Shown here in pieces: positions 37,186 to 46,218 of a DNA stretch of 64,000 bases. The DNA lies in NCBI GenBank assembly GCA_018715495.1, contig DVLO01000010.1, positions 35,302 through 99,301 of the forward strand, in the 5' to 3' direction. The stretch is from Candidatus Limihabitans stercoravium. Its GTDB lineage: Bacteria > Bacillota > Clostridia > Christensenellales > CAG-314. The first letter of the stretch is position 1, and each line of letters opens with the position of its first letter. A model generated the notes under the pieces. It made no database searches and was not told the origin of the DNA. It saw only the letters and a program-made list of their open reading frames with translations. The translations under genes were made by a program, and so were the position numbers.

Positions 37186-37479
37186 ATGGATATAATAGCG
37201 AAAATAGAAAAATTGAAGAATGATAGAGGTTGGACTGATTATGAGCTTGCTCAACAATCAATGCTTACGCAGTCTACAATCGCTTCAATAAAGGCACGTG
37301 GAACGGCACCTAAGGTAGAAACATTACAAGCAATTTGTAATGCTTTTGGAATTTCGTTAGCACAGTTTTTTTTAGAAGATGAAAGCATTGATATGCTAAG
37401 TGAACAAGAAAAAGAGCTAATTGAAAGATTTAGAAAATTGCCAATTAAGAAAAAACAAGCACTTATTGATTTATTGTAG
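37186..37479 (+). CDS. XRE-family helix-turn-helix regulator, divergent from the methyltransferase (controller-protein-like)
   Basis: HTH_3 pattern (WTDYELAQQSMLTQSTIASIKARGTAPKVETLQAICNAFGISLAQFF); AAGGAG RBS. Confidence 0.8.
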   Translation: MDIIAKIEKLKNDRGWTDYELAQQSMLTQSTIASIKARGTAPKVETLQAICNAFGISLAQFFLEDESIDMLSEQEKELIERFRKLPIKKKQALIDLL

Positions 37480-37530
37480 ATTAGCAATCATAAACTATTT
37501 AATGAGTTAAAACTTGATATTAAACAATGA

Positions 37531-37563
37531 AAAGAACACGACAAACGTCGTGTTCTTTTTGTT
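37531..37563 (+). terminator. Rho-independent terminator after the XRE gene
   Basis: AAAGAACACGAC / GTCGTGTTCTTT followed by TT. Confidence 0.75.
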
Positions 37564-37637
37564 TGGTTGAATTAAAGTGTACTTGTTGAATTTGTCTTAC
37601 GTTAAGTGGTTGAAATTTAACTGACGTGGTGTGTTTT

Positions 37638-38846
37638 TCATGCGAAAACATTGAAATTGCTTGCCGTCGGAATGTACACAAGTGTGACGTTGCTGTCGTT
37701 GAAATTCGCTCTTGCGGTTTGGACGTAATCGGTGGGATTGTAGTTTACCTTGCTTGAAAGTTCTCCTCCGCCTGTCACGTTTCCGAACATTTCCCCCCAG
37801 CCGTATTGGTAGTTCAGGTATTCCTGAAAATCGTTGTAGTGGTTATAGGTGTAGAAAAGGTACTTTTCGTTTACATCTGTCATTCCGTCGCCGTTTTCAT
37901 CGTAACGTGTGTAAACAATGCGTGCCGCTCCACGTGTTATGTTTTTGCCGTCGTTGTAAGGTTTTGCAATAAAATTCGGGTCGCAATCAGTGCCTGTAGT
38001 TCCGATGTCGATTTCGTAATATTGAAGATCACCGCCGCAACCGCTGATGTCGGGAAGTACGGGTTCGTAAGGATACTTTTCCGTGTTGCCGCTGAATTCA
38101 GTGTGGTTGAGCCTGAGATAAATTCCCCATTCACTCAATACGGGACTGGAATATTTACCGGTAGCGTAATTGGGCGGAACGTCGCCGAACGCCATGAGGT
38201 AGGCTGCAACTTCTTCAAGAGTAACATATGCTCCGTAACGGTAAACCTTGTTTACGATGTTTCCGTTGCTGTCGAACACGTAGTAGGTATCGCCGTCCAT
38301 TGAGTAAAGAACGGATGTATTTCTTACAAACAGGGCGCCTTGTTTTGGTTGATTTTTGGCAATGGTGGGTTCCTGATCTTGTTCGGAAATGTCACCCGAC
38401 ATCAATCCGTGCTGGGTACGGAAGTAGGCGTCGGCAGAACTTGTTGCAGGTTGGTAATTTTCGTAAAATTCCTCTTTGTCAACGTTTGTGTAAGGGTCGT
38501 TTATTGTATCGGGATTTTTAATTTCAATTTCGATACTGTCGGAGTGTTTTCCGTTGGTTGCGGTTACAGTTATTGTGCCTTCCGCAGTTGCCGTCAGTAT
38601 GTCTCCGTCAATGGTGGCAATGTCCTTACCGGAAGTAATGTTGAGATTGTAACTTTCAATTTCGTTACCTGCTGTGATCAATCTGGTGTTAAAGCAACGC
38701 AACTGTACTCTGTCTCCGATGTAAACCTGACTGTCTGTTGCTGTAATTTGTATTCCGGTGTTGAACAGAAATACAAACAGAACTGACGCTATGAGAATCA
38801 GAGCAACCAGCAGCGCAATTGTAATTTTCGTGGATTTTTTCGTCAT
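37638..38846 (-). CDS. Membrane-anchored/secreted barnase-family (microbial N1/T1-type) ribonuclease with one Big_2-like Ig domain
   Basis: N-terminal TM/signal anchor. The C-terminal domain is collinear with barnase: TLEEVAAYLMAFGDVPPNY, EFSGNTEKYPYEPVLP, YYEIDI, RGAARIVY and FYTYNHYNDFQEY. The equivalents of barnase K27, E73, R83, R87 and H102 are present. Confidence 0.75.
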   Translation of the reverse strand: MTKKSTKITIALLVALILIASVLFVFLFNTGIQITATDSQVYIGDRVQLRCFNTRLITAGNEIESYNLNITSGKDIATIDGDILTATAEGTITVTATNGKHSDSIEIEIKNPDTINDPYTNVDKEEFYENYQPATSSADAYFRTQHGLMSGDISEQDQEPTIAKNQPKQGALFVRNTSVLYSMDGDTYYVFDSNGNIVNKVYRYGAYVTLEEVAAYLMAFGDVPPNYATGKYSSPVLSEWGIYLRLNHTEFSGNTEKYPYEPVLPDISGCGGDLQYYEIDIGTTGTDCDPNFIAKPYNDGKNITRGAARIVYTRYDENGDGMTDVNEKYLFYTYNHYNDFQEYLNYQYGWGEMFGNVTGGGELSSKVNYNPTDYVQTARANFNDSNVTLVYIPTASNFNVFA

Positions 38847-38961
38847 TTTGTTTCCTTCTTGGTAAATTGTACTTTCAAACTAACAGCCATCACTACGGAT
38901 GGCTGTGCGAAGTAATATTTTACATGAAATTTATAAAAATGTCAATACGGACATTTTTAAG

Positions 38962-40779
38962 TCAGGCATAAATACCGTCAAAAAAGACGTACTCCGTTGC
39001 CGTAATTGCGGCAGTGAATGGAGAAAAATCCTCTCTTGCTGTCGGTACATAGGGCGTTGGATTGTAGTCGTACTTGCTGGAAATTGTGCCTCCACCTGTG
39101 ATGTTGCCGAACATTTCTCCCCAACCTCCACGGTAGTTCAGGTATTCCTGGAAATCGTTGTAGTGGTTGTAGGTGTAGAACAGGTAACGTTGGTTGGGTG
39201 TCAGTGTTGCGCCGTTGTCCGTCTGTGCGTAAACAATTCGTGCCGCTCCACGTGTAATCGTTTCGCCGTCATTGTAAATTTCTGACGGGTAACTGGGATC
39301 GCAGTCCGTCCCTGTAGTTCCGATATCTATTTCGTAGTAGCGCATTGTTCCGCCACATCCGCTGATGTTTGGAAGTACAGGTTCGTAAGGGTACTTTTCG
39401 GTGTCACCGCTGAAATAGGAATGGTTCAATCTGAGATATTCCGCCCAATCGGAAGAAGTCGGACTGGTGTATTTACTGGAAACGTAGTTTGCGGGTATGT
39501 CGCCGAATGCGAATACGTAGGCTGCAACGTCTTCCAACGTTACGTAAGCGCCGTCACGGTAGATTTCGTCTACTATCTTGCCGTATTGGTCAAATACGTA
39601 GTAGGTGTTTCCGTTTACCGAAAACAGAACTGATGTGTTGCGCACGAACATTCCGTCAGATGTCGGTTGATTGTCGGCAATGGTGGGTTCCTGATCTTGC
39701 TCTGAAATGTCACCCGACATCAATGCTTCGTCGGAACGGAATCCTGCGTCCACCCAGTTTTCGGCTTCGGTGTAATTGTTGTAGAAGGTGTTTTTGTTGG
39801 TGTTTCTGTACGGGTTGGTCAGTGTGTCGGGGTCAACAACCGTTATTTCTGCGGGTGCGCTGTAGTAGTTGTCGTACACGGCTTTTACTTTAATCGTACC
39901 GCTTGAGTAGGCGGTCAATATGTCTCCGTTAATTGTTGCAATTGTTCCGCCTTCTACAATTTCGAATTCAAATTGCACATTGCTGTAGGCATTATCTTTG
40001 AATGTTGCATTCAACTGCAGTCGGTCGCCCTCAAGCAGTTCATCCTTGTAGAGTTGCATTTCCAGTAATTCCATGTCGGGCCGGGGCGATTGCATTACCA
40101 CAATTTCCATTGTGTCGGAGTACTTGCCTGCAGTAATGGTTACAGTGCAGTTGCCTTTCTTTTGTGCGGTTGCTATACCTTGTTGCGTAATTGTCACAAC
40201 GTCATTGGATACCGTCCACACAATTTTTTCGGTAATTCCCGATGTGATTGTGTACTGCAACCGGAATGTTTCTCCGACATTCATTGTCTTGGTTTTTTCC
40301 ACAAAAGAAATGCTGTTGTTGTCTTCCCCTGCCAGTACCGTAATTGTAATGGTGTCGGAGGATTGTCCTAAAATTATTGTGACAGTGCAATTTCCTTCTT
40401 TCAGCGCTGTCACCAATCCGTCGGGAGCAATTGATACTACGTCGTTGGATGTTGTCCATGATACGTTGTGAGGTTTGTCATCGCTGATGGCGTAGGACAG
40501 GTAGTCCGATTGTCCTACAGTAAAGGTTATGCTGTCTTGGATAAACTGAACTGTTGGGTCGGGAGTGGATGTTGTTGTGTCAGTAACTGTTATGTAAACA
40601 AGATCACTGGCTTCGCCTGCACGTACAATTACTGCGCAGACACCGGAAACAAGTCCGACTACAAGTCCTTTGTCAGAAACGCTGACATTGTTTCCTGTTG
40701 CCGACCATTGCAGCTGATCCTTTATATCTTCTGTAACGGTATATTTGAGCTGGATAGATTCACCTACCTTCAATTTCAC
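38962..40779 (-). CDS. Barnase-family ribonuclease with several Big_2-like Ig domains. The true 5' end is probably the ATG at 40909, out of frame because of an A8 tract.
   Basis: The C-terminal domain is a paralogue of 37638..38846, with visibly high nucleotide similarity. The frame stays open upstream to 40905 and encodes IFSAVCLILALLIFSGCS (lipoprotein signal) with no in-frame start. Confidence 0.75.
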   Translation of the reverse strand: MKLKVGESIQLKYTVTEDIKDQLQWSATGNNVSVSDKGLVVGLVSGVCAVIVRAGEASDLVYITVTDTTTSTPDPTVQFIQDSITFTVGQSDYLSYAISDDKPHNVSWTTSNDVVSIAPDGLVTALKEGNCTVTIILGQSSDTITITVLAGEDNNSISFVEKTKTMNVGETFRLQYTITSGITEKIVWTVSNDVVTITQQGIATAQKKGNCTVTITAGKYSDTMEIVVMQSPRPDMELLEMQLYKDELLEGDRLQLNATFKDNAYSNVQFEFEIVEGGTIATINGDILTAYSSGTIKVKAVYDNYYSAPAEITVVDPDTLTNPYRNTNKNTFYNNYTEAENWVDAGFRSDEALMSGDISEQDQEPTIADNQPTSDGMFVRNTSVLFSVNGNTYYVFDQYGKIVDEIYRDGAYVTLEDVAAYVFAFGDIPANYVSSKYTSPTSSDWAEYLRLNHSYFSGDTEKYPYEPVLPNISGCGGTMRYYEIDIGTTGTDCDPSYPSEIYNDGETITRGAARIVYAQTDNGATLTPNQRYLFYTYNHYNDFQEYLNYRGGWGEMFGNITGGGTISSKYDYNPTPYVPTAREDFSPFTAAITATEYVFFDGIYA

Positions 40780-41037
40780 ATCTTCATCCAGTATCTTGAC
40801 TGATGAAGGTTGTGTAATCGATGGGAGATTTAAAAGACTACATCCGCTGAATATAAGCAGTGCCAGTATGAGGCAGACTGCCGAAAAGATTTTTTTTGTG
40901 TTTTTTCATTATCTTTACCTTTCAAGTGTTGGTTTGGTTGTTTGACTTCGTTAATGTACGTCTGTCAAAAAACGGGTAATGTTGATTATAATACTAATTG
41001 TGTTTTGTGTCAAGATGTGTCTTGCAACGGACACTAG

Positions 41038-41958
41038 TTAATAGGGTTGATTGTCAGTGTTGCCGTTTTGTTGTTTAAGATATTGATTTACCATGTCGAC
41101 AAACTCTATTGACGCTCTTGTCTGTGGATGACGTGGATCAACAATCATGTTTATCTGACGGGTAGGCATGGTGTAATCAAGAGGGACTTCGAATACACGG
41201 TTGCGTACAATTGCCGATTTCGCCATGGATTGCGGAACAAAGCCCAGTCCCAGATTGTTGCTTATCATGGGGACAATCAGATCTGCGCCGTCCGCTTCTA
41301 TTTCGGGTGAAAAAGTAAGATTGTTGCTTATAAAAACTTCGTCAAGAAATTGTCTCAACTGCATGCTGTGGCGAAGACTGACAATGGGGTAGTCGGAGAT
41401 ATCTTTTAGTTGAAGAACGGTGTTCTTAAGATAAGAGTAGTTGTTACCTGCGATGAGTATGTCACGGAATGTGTGTACAGTTGTCAGACGTAGGTTTTTA
41501 GTATTGTTGCAAGGCGTTGAAACAAATGCAATGTCAATTATTCCGTCACGCAGTCTTTCTACTGTTGAGTTGTTACTCCCAGTGTTTATCTTCAGTTTGA
41601 CCTTGGGGTGTTTTGCTTTAAACATATTGATGAATTCAAACAAAAATTCGTGCAGGGACGTAACGGATGCCCCAATATAGATTGTACCCGTTTCCACGTC
41701 GATTGCGTGCTTTACTTCTTCTTCACCTTTGGAAATGTAACTGTGGGCAATGCTGATGTATTCGTGCAAAACCTTTCCTTCGTAGGTAAATTCCACACCG
41801 TTTTTATTGCGCATGAACAGGCGACATCCCAGTTCACTTTCAAGTTTTTGTATTGCACGTGTTACAGCAGGTTGACTGGAGTATAGTTCGGCACTTGCTT
41901 TTGTAATGTTTTTGTGCTTTCCCACGTAGTAAAAAATCTTGTAGTATTCGTAATTCAT
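41038..41958 (-). CDS. LysR-family transcriptional regulator
   Basis: HTH (TKASAELYSSQPAVTRAIQKLE) plus a LysR substrate-binding domain. Divergent from the malic enzyme gene. Confidence 0.9.
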   Translation of the reverse strand: MNYEYYKIFYYVGKHKNITKASAELYSSQPAVTRAIQKLESELGCRLFMRNKNGVEFTYEGKVLHEYISIAHSYISKGEEEVKHAIDVETGTIYIGASVTSLHEFLFEFINMFKAKHPKVKLKINTGSNNSTVERLRDGIIDIAFVSTPCNNTKNLRLTTVHTFRDILIAGNNYSYLKNTVLQLKDISDYPIVSLRHSMQLRQFLDEVFISNNLTFSPEIEADGADLIVPMISNNLGLGFVPQSMAKSAIVRNRVFEVPLDYTMPTRQINMIVDPRHPQTRASIEFVDMVNQYLKQQNGNTDNQPY

Positions 41959-41989
41959 CGTTTTTGTTTGCTTTAATTATGCGTTTTTG

Positions 41990-42003
41990 ATATGATATCA
42001 TAT
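41990..42003. promoter_or_regulatory. Perfect 14-bp palindrome ATATGATATCATAT in the LysR/malic-enzyme divergent region (T-N11-A type)
   Basis: Perfect dyad, positioned between divergent genes. Confidence 0.4.
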
Positions 42004-42120
42004 TTTATTATCATTTTACATTATATCAAAGAGGTGGTACTATGTAAATAGTAAATAAAATGTTTAAATGTGGAAGTTTAACATTTTTACGTATTTTGCA
42101 ATAAAAGGAGATGTATTTTT

Positions 42121-43305
42121 ATGAATTACAGGGCAGAATCGTTGAAAAAACATGCCGAATGGAAGGGAAAAATCGAAACAAAAGTTAGAGTACCCGTTGA
42201 CAGCAGAGAAAATCTTCTTGTAGCCTACACACCCGGTGTTGCCGAACCTTGCATGGCTATTCATGGCGATGTGAACAAGAGTTTCGAACTGACCCGCAGA
42301 TGGAACACTGTTCCGGTAATTACAGACGGTACCGCAGTGCTTGGTCTTGGAGACATCGGACCTGAAGCAGGAATGCCCGTAATGGAAGGCAAGTGTGCAT
42401 TGTTCAAGGCATTTGGCAATGTTGACGCCTATCCTATTTGCCTGAGAACCAAGGATACCGAAGAAATCATCAACACAATCAAGGTTATGGCAGGGTCTTT
42501 CGGCGGAATCAACCTTGAAGACATTTCCGCACCCAGATGCTTCGAAATCGAAACACGTTTGAAAAAGGAACTGGACATCCCTGTATTCCATGATGACCAG
42601 CACGGCACTGCAATTGTAACAGCGGCAGGACTTATCAATGCGTTGAAACTTGCAGGCAAGAAAATGGAATCTATCAAGGTGGTAATCAACGGACCCGGTT
42701 CGGCAGGCATTGCAATTGCTAAATTCCTCATGAAGTTTGGAGTCAAGGACATCACAATGTGCGGACTGAACGGTATCTTGTGGGCAGGTGATGAAACGTT
42801 GAATCCCGCTCAGCAGGAAATTGCAAAGGTGACCAACCTCAGCCGCAGAAAGGGATTGCTTTCCGACGCAATGAAGGGTGCAGATGTGTTGATTGGTGTA
42901 TCCGGTCCTAACTGCATTACTAAAGAAATGGTAAGCAGTATGGCAGACAATGCAATCATGTTTGTGTGCGCTAACCCCGTTCCCGAAATCAATCCCAAGG
43001 ACGCATTGGAAGCAGGTGCATTTATAGTTGGTTCCGGTTCATCCGAATATCCCAACCAGATCAACAACGTATTGGTATTCCCAGGATTGTTCAGAGGGGC
43101 TCTGGATGTTCGTGCAAATACCGTCAACGACGAAATGATGATGGCTGCGGCTTGTGGTATTGCAAGTTGTGTTACAGATGAAGAACTCAGTCCTACATAC
43201 ATTCTTCCTTACGCATGGGATCAGAGAGCGCATGACGCAGTTGCTAAGTCGGTAGCTGACGCCGCAATTGCAACAGGCGTATCCAAGCTGTACAGCAACA
43301 AGTAA
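42121..43305 (+). CDS. NAD(P)-dependent malic enzyme (short, MaeB N-terminal type)
   Basis: [47 protein letters not shown] and GPGSAGIA. Confidence 0.9.
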   Translation: MNYRAESLKKHAEWKGKIETKVRVPVDSRENLLVAYTPGVAEPCMAIHGDVNKSFELTRRWNTVPVITDGTAVLGLGDIGPEAGMPVMEGKCALFKAFGNVDAYPICLRTKDTEEIINTIKVMAGSFGGINLEDISAPRCFEIETRLKKELDIPVFHDDQHGTAIVTAAGLINALKLAGKKMESIKVVINGPGSAGIAIAKFLMKFGVKDITMCGLNGILWAGDETLNPAQQEIAKVTNLSRRKGLLSDAMKGADVLIGVSGPNCITKEMVSSMADNAIMFVCANPVPEINPKDALEAGAFIVGSGSSEYPNQINNVLVFPGLFRGALDVRANTVNDEMMMAAACGIASCVTDEELSPTYILPYAWDQRAHDAVAKSVADAAIATGVSKLYSNK

Positions 43306-43400
43306 ATTGACAATTAAAAGCGGTACAAGACAATGACCATCTGTGCATCGGTTTCCTACATTCCTATGTAAAAATTGATGACTGAATATCTCTGAAAAGG

Positions 43401-43436
43401 CAACAGCCTCTGCGACTTGCAGAGGCTGTTGTTTTT
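43401..43436 (+). terminator. Rho-independent terminator of the malic enzyme gene
   Basis: CAACAGCCTCTGC / GCAGAGGCTGTTG followed by T5. Confidence 0.8.
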
Positions 43437-43553
43437 AGTGGAAGATGTAGTGGGAAATATGGCAAAATTGTGTAGCGAGTTTTCAATTGTTGATGTTGGT
43501 TTTTTCGTGTACGTCACTTGAAAAAGGATTGTGCAGCAATTTATTGATTTTGG

Positions 43554-43595
43554 AAATAAAACCTAAGCACTCCAACGGGGGTAGGAGTGCCTAGG
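43554..43595 (-). terminator. Terminator of the 187-aa membrane protein gene
   Basis: CCTAAGCACTCC / GGAGTGCCTAGG; a T-run follows on the minus strand. Confidence 0.6.
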
Positions 43596-43609
43596 TAATA
43601 TAGCCAACG

Positions 43610-44173
43610 TTAACCATTTATCAACTGGTCGGCTTCGTTCAGTATTTGATTAAGGCGAGAACGCATTCTTTGAACTTCGTTGTCCCATTTAGCTTGCCTT
43701 TCTTTCATCTCATCCTTGTGTTTGTTGTAGTTGGCAATGCGGATGATATATATGACGATTGGCAACAATGCACCGACGGCAATCCCTATGTAAGTTACAA
43801 TTTCGCCTGCAAGACCGGGCAACAACTTGAATGCAAGAAAGGCAAGAATTACCATTCCGATAAGGTGGGGAATGATACTCGGTTTTTTGAAAGGATTGCC
43901 TGCTTTAGACTTGGATTCAAGTTCTTTCTCGGTTGAAATGTATTCCGATTCCAGTTGTACCACCTTGTTGTACCAAGGAGAGGATTTTTCCCTTGAAAAA
44001 GTTATTTTATTGAAGGTAGAGTAGTGTTGTGTTCCGTCGGAATCCTGTTTGGTAAATTCCTGACATCTCTGATTGTTTATTACTTCCCAACCGAAGTTTT
44101 CCCAAAATGAGATTGTAGCATTAATTTTTGCGTCATCCGGGTAAACTTGTACTGTCTTTGTTTCCCTTGCCAT
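43610..44173 (-). CDS. Hypothetical protein: small N-terminal globular domain (DUF4177-like GWEV pattern), two TM helices and a C-terminal coiled coil
   Basis: GGAGG RBS. Hydrophobic block at HLIGMVILAFLAFKLLPGLAGEIVTYIGIAVGALLPIVIYII. Confidence 0.5.
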   Translation of the reverse strand: MARETKTVQVYPDDAKINATISFWENFGWEVINNQRCQEFTKQDSDGTQHYSTFNKITFSREKSSPWYNKVVQLESEYISTEKELESKSKAGNPFKKPSIIPHLIGMVILAFLAFKLLPGLAGEIVTYIGIAVGALLPIVIYIIRIANYNKHKDEMKERQAKWDNEVQRMRSRLNQILNEADQLING

Positions 44174-44293
44174 TGTACTTCCTCCTTTGATTTAAGCAAA
44201 ATACAACATATTTCGCTTATAATGGAAGTATTTTAACACTAAATATAGTGTATGTCAAGCAATGCACACTAAATTAGATGTATCATTTATCAC

Positions 44294-44503
44294 ATGAGTA
44301 GTCTTGGCGAAAATTTAAAATATCTGAGAAAGATAAATAAAATCAGCCAGAAGGAATTTGCCTTGAAAATGAATACTACCCAGCAGAGAGTAAGTGAGTG
44401 GGAGTGCAATAAGGTAGAGCCCTCACTTTATAACATCGTTAAAATTTTACATTTATACAACATTACATTTGAAGAGTTGATGGAAGGAATTGATATAAAT
44501 TAG
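44294..44503 (+). CDS. XRE-family HTH regulator (69 aa)
   Basis: LKYLRKINKISQKEFALKMNTTQQRVSEWECNKVEPSL; divergent from 43610..44173. Confidence 0.8.
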   Translation: MSSLGENLKYLRKINKISQKEFALKMNTTQQRVSEWECNKVEPSLYNIVKILHLYNITFEELMEGIDIN

Positions 44504-44519
44504 TGTTTATTGAACAGTT

Positions 44520-44558
44520 ACAGCCTCTGTCGTTATCGGCAGGGGCTGTTGTTTTTTT
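44520..44558 (+). terminator. Rho-independent terminator
   Basis: ACAGCCTCTG / CAGGGGCTGT followed by T-rich sequence (TGTTTTTTT). Confidence 0.7.
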
Positions 44559-44781
44559 AACTAATTTGATTTGGTTTAGTGGTATTGATTAATTTTACGC
44601 ACAAATTGTAACCTTGAAGGCTGTTGTGCTTTCCGGATCATGTTTTGTATTGTAAATGTATTTATTTAACGAGGTAGATTGAACGCTTACAGTTTTACCG
44701 TTTCAATATCCTGTCTGTTTGATTGTTCAACGATAGATTAACAGACAACGTCTGCAAGGTAATTATTTGCAGTAGTGTATT

Positions 44782-45717
44782 TCAATCTGTGTCGAAACGG
44801 TAAATTGTGTAGAATGGTGTTTTCTTAGGTTTGTATGTGCAATCTTTACTTAGTCCGATGTACAGTATCGAGGTAGCCTCGAAAGATTTTTTGATTACTA
44901 AGCAATTTCCTTTTGTGGTAATTGCACACACATCATTGTAAACTTCCCTCTCGGGATGCCAGTGCGTCAGGTTTTTTGTACGGCTACTGTTTGTGTTTAT
45001 GCTGATACAGTCCTCGTCTATTTCAACAAACAGATCCTTGCTTTCCCAGTGTATTACCTCATCGTTTACCAAGGTAAATTTGCCGCCAAGGTTGTCCGTC
45101 AACATCAGCATGTCGTACAGTTGTTTAGCGTTACGTGGTACTGTTGACAGTATTTTCCAGTTGGTTTGTTCCAGTGCATTTTCGTAGTTGTTTACCACAA
45201 AGAGGCAATCGGGAACTTGTTCTTCGCTAATGAAGTCATCTTCAATGATTGTTCTTTCCACAATGAGTTTTACAGGGAGGTTTTTCAGATCGTCAGGCAG
45301 TGACAGTTTCAGTATTTCCGCTTGCTGTTCTATGTTGCACAGGCTTTCTTCACGGTATTTACGGTAAATGCCTTTCAGTGTTCCGTCAACAACTTTCATT
45401 GATTGAAATTCATTAAAAAAATACAACGTCCCACAGTATTCGAAGTAATCGGGACAGCCTTTCCTATGGGTGTACGTTATGTTCAGTTCTTTAAACTTGT
45501 CACACATTGCGTTGTAGAACAGGTATTCGGGGCGTGAATTAATTGCGCTTTTGTAGTTTTCGGAAAAGTCATTGTAGTAACGTGATTTCTTGTATTCTCT
45601 TATTGGTTTTATGGATTGAAACGGATATGCCACCGCCAAGAAAATGGCTGACAATACAATTAACGGCGACAATAAAATGCAAAGTAATGCTATCAGTAAT
45701 TTAGTGTACCACTTCAT
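44782..45717 (-). CDS. Hypothetical N-terminally membrane-anchored protein (311 aa)
   Basis: I chose the ATG at 45717, preceded by AAGGAGAAAGG. The ORF-track start at 45846 runs through a hairpin. No family recognised. Confidence 0.5.
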   Translation of the reverse strand: MKWYTKLLIALLCILLSPLIVLSAIFLAVAYPFQSIKPIREYKKSRYYNDFSENYKSAINSRPEYLFYNAMCDKFKELNITYTHRKGCPDYFEYCGTLYFFNEFQSMKVVDGTLKGIYRKYREESLCNIEQQAEILKLSLPDDLKNLPVKLIVERTIIEDDFISEEQVPDCLFVVNNYENALEQTNWKILSTVPRNAKQLYDMLMLTDNLGGKFTLVNDEVIHWESKDLFVEIDEDCISINTNSSRTKNLTHWHPEREVYNDVCAITTKGNCLVIKKSFEATSILYIGLSKDCTYKPKKTPFYTIYRFDTD

Positions 45718-45901
45718 ATCCTTTCTCCTTTGCACAATTGTATCACATTGTATTGCAAATTGCAATACAGTTGGCTGAACACAACAAGCCGTCCCATCGT
45801 TCGGGACGGCTTGTAAAGTCTTTGGATTTGTAATTGTTAAATTCAATGGGTAGTTTGTTTCTGAACAGCTGTGTTGACAGTGCTTTTACAATTTCTTGAA
45901 G

Positions 45902-46218
45902 TTACAGTGCAACTCCCCAGTTGATTTGCAGTGGTGCGCCGTAAGTACCGTTCCACGATGTGTTCCAGCTTGACGGCAGGCTGGGTGCTTCGATGTTTAC
46001 TACCCCGATGCATTGATTGAATACACTTTCGCCTACGTATGTCACCGATTGAGGAATGTAGAAAGATGCAATCATCTTACACCACGAAAAAGCGGTGTCG
46101 CCGCCGTTGCAGCAAAGTGTTCAAGATTGTGTTTGTGCCCGCTGTTACATGCTGTCATGCCGAACGTTGCTGTTGCAATCAACACGGCAAGCAGTAGCAG
46201 TGCAGTTGTCTTTTTCAT
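45902..46218 (-). pseudogene. Remnant of a BspA-type leucine-rich-repeat lipoprotein (frameshifted and truncated)
   Basis: On the minus strand, GGAGG precedes MKKTTALLLLAVLIATATFGMTACNSGHKHN..., which stops at 46072. An overlapping -1 frame from 46075 encodes MIASFYIPQSVTYVGESVFNQCIGVVNIEAPSLPSSWNTSWNG...NWGVAL. This is a typical terminal LRR unit plus tail. Confidence 0.4.

Noticed and set aside
37480-41037. Search for a barstar-like immunity gene or other small ORF next to the RNase genes. This included the plus-strand ORFs 37806..38303, 38340..38786, 38899..39285 and 40073..40471.
   Set aside because: The plus-strand ORFs are antisense shadows (Val/Cys-rich, no RBS). The intergenic gaps (37480-37637, 38847-38961, 40910-41037) are too short or closed in all frames.
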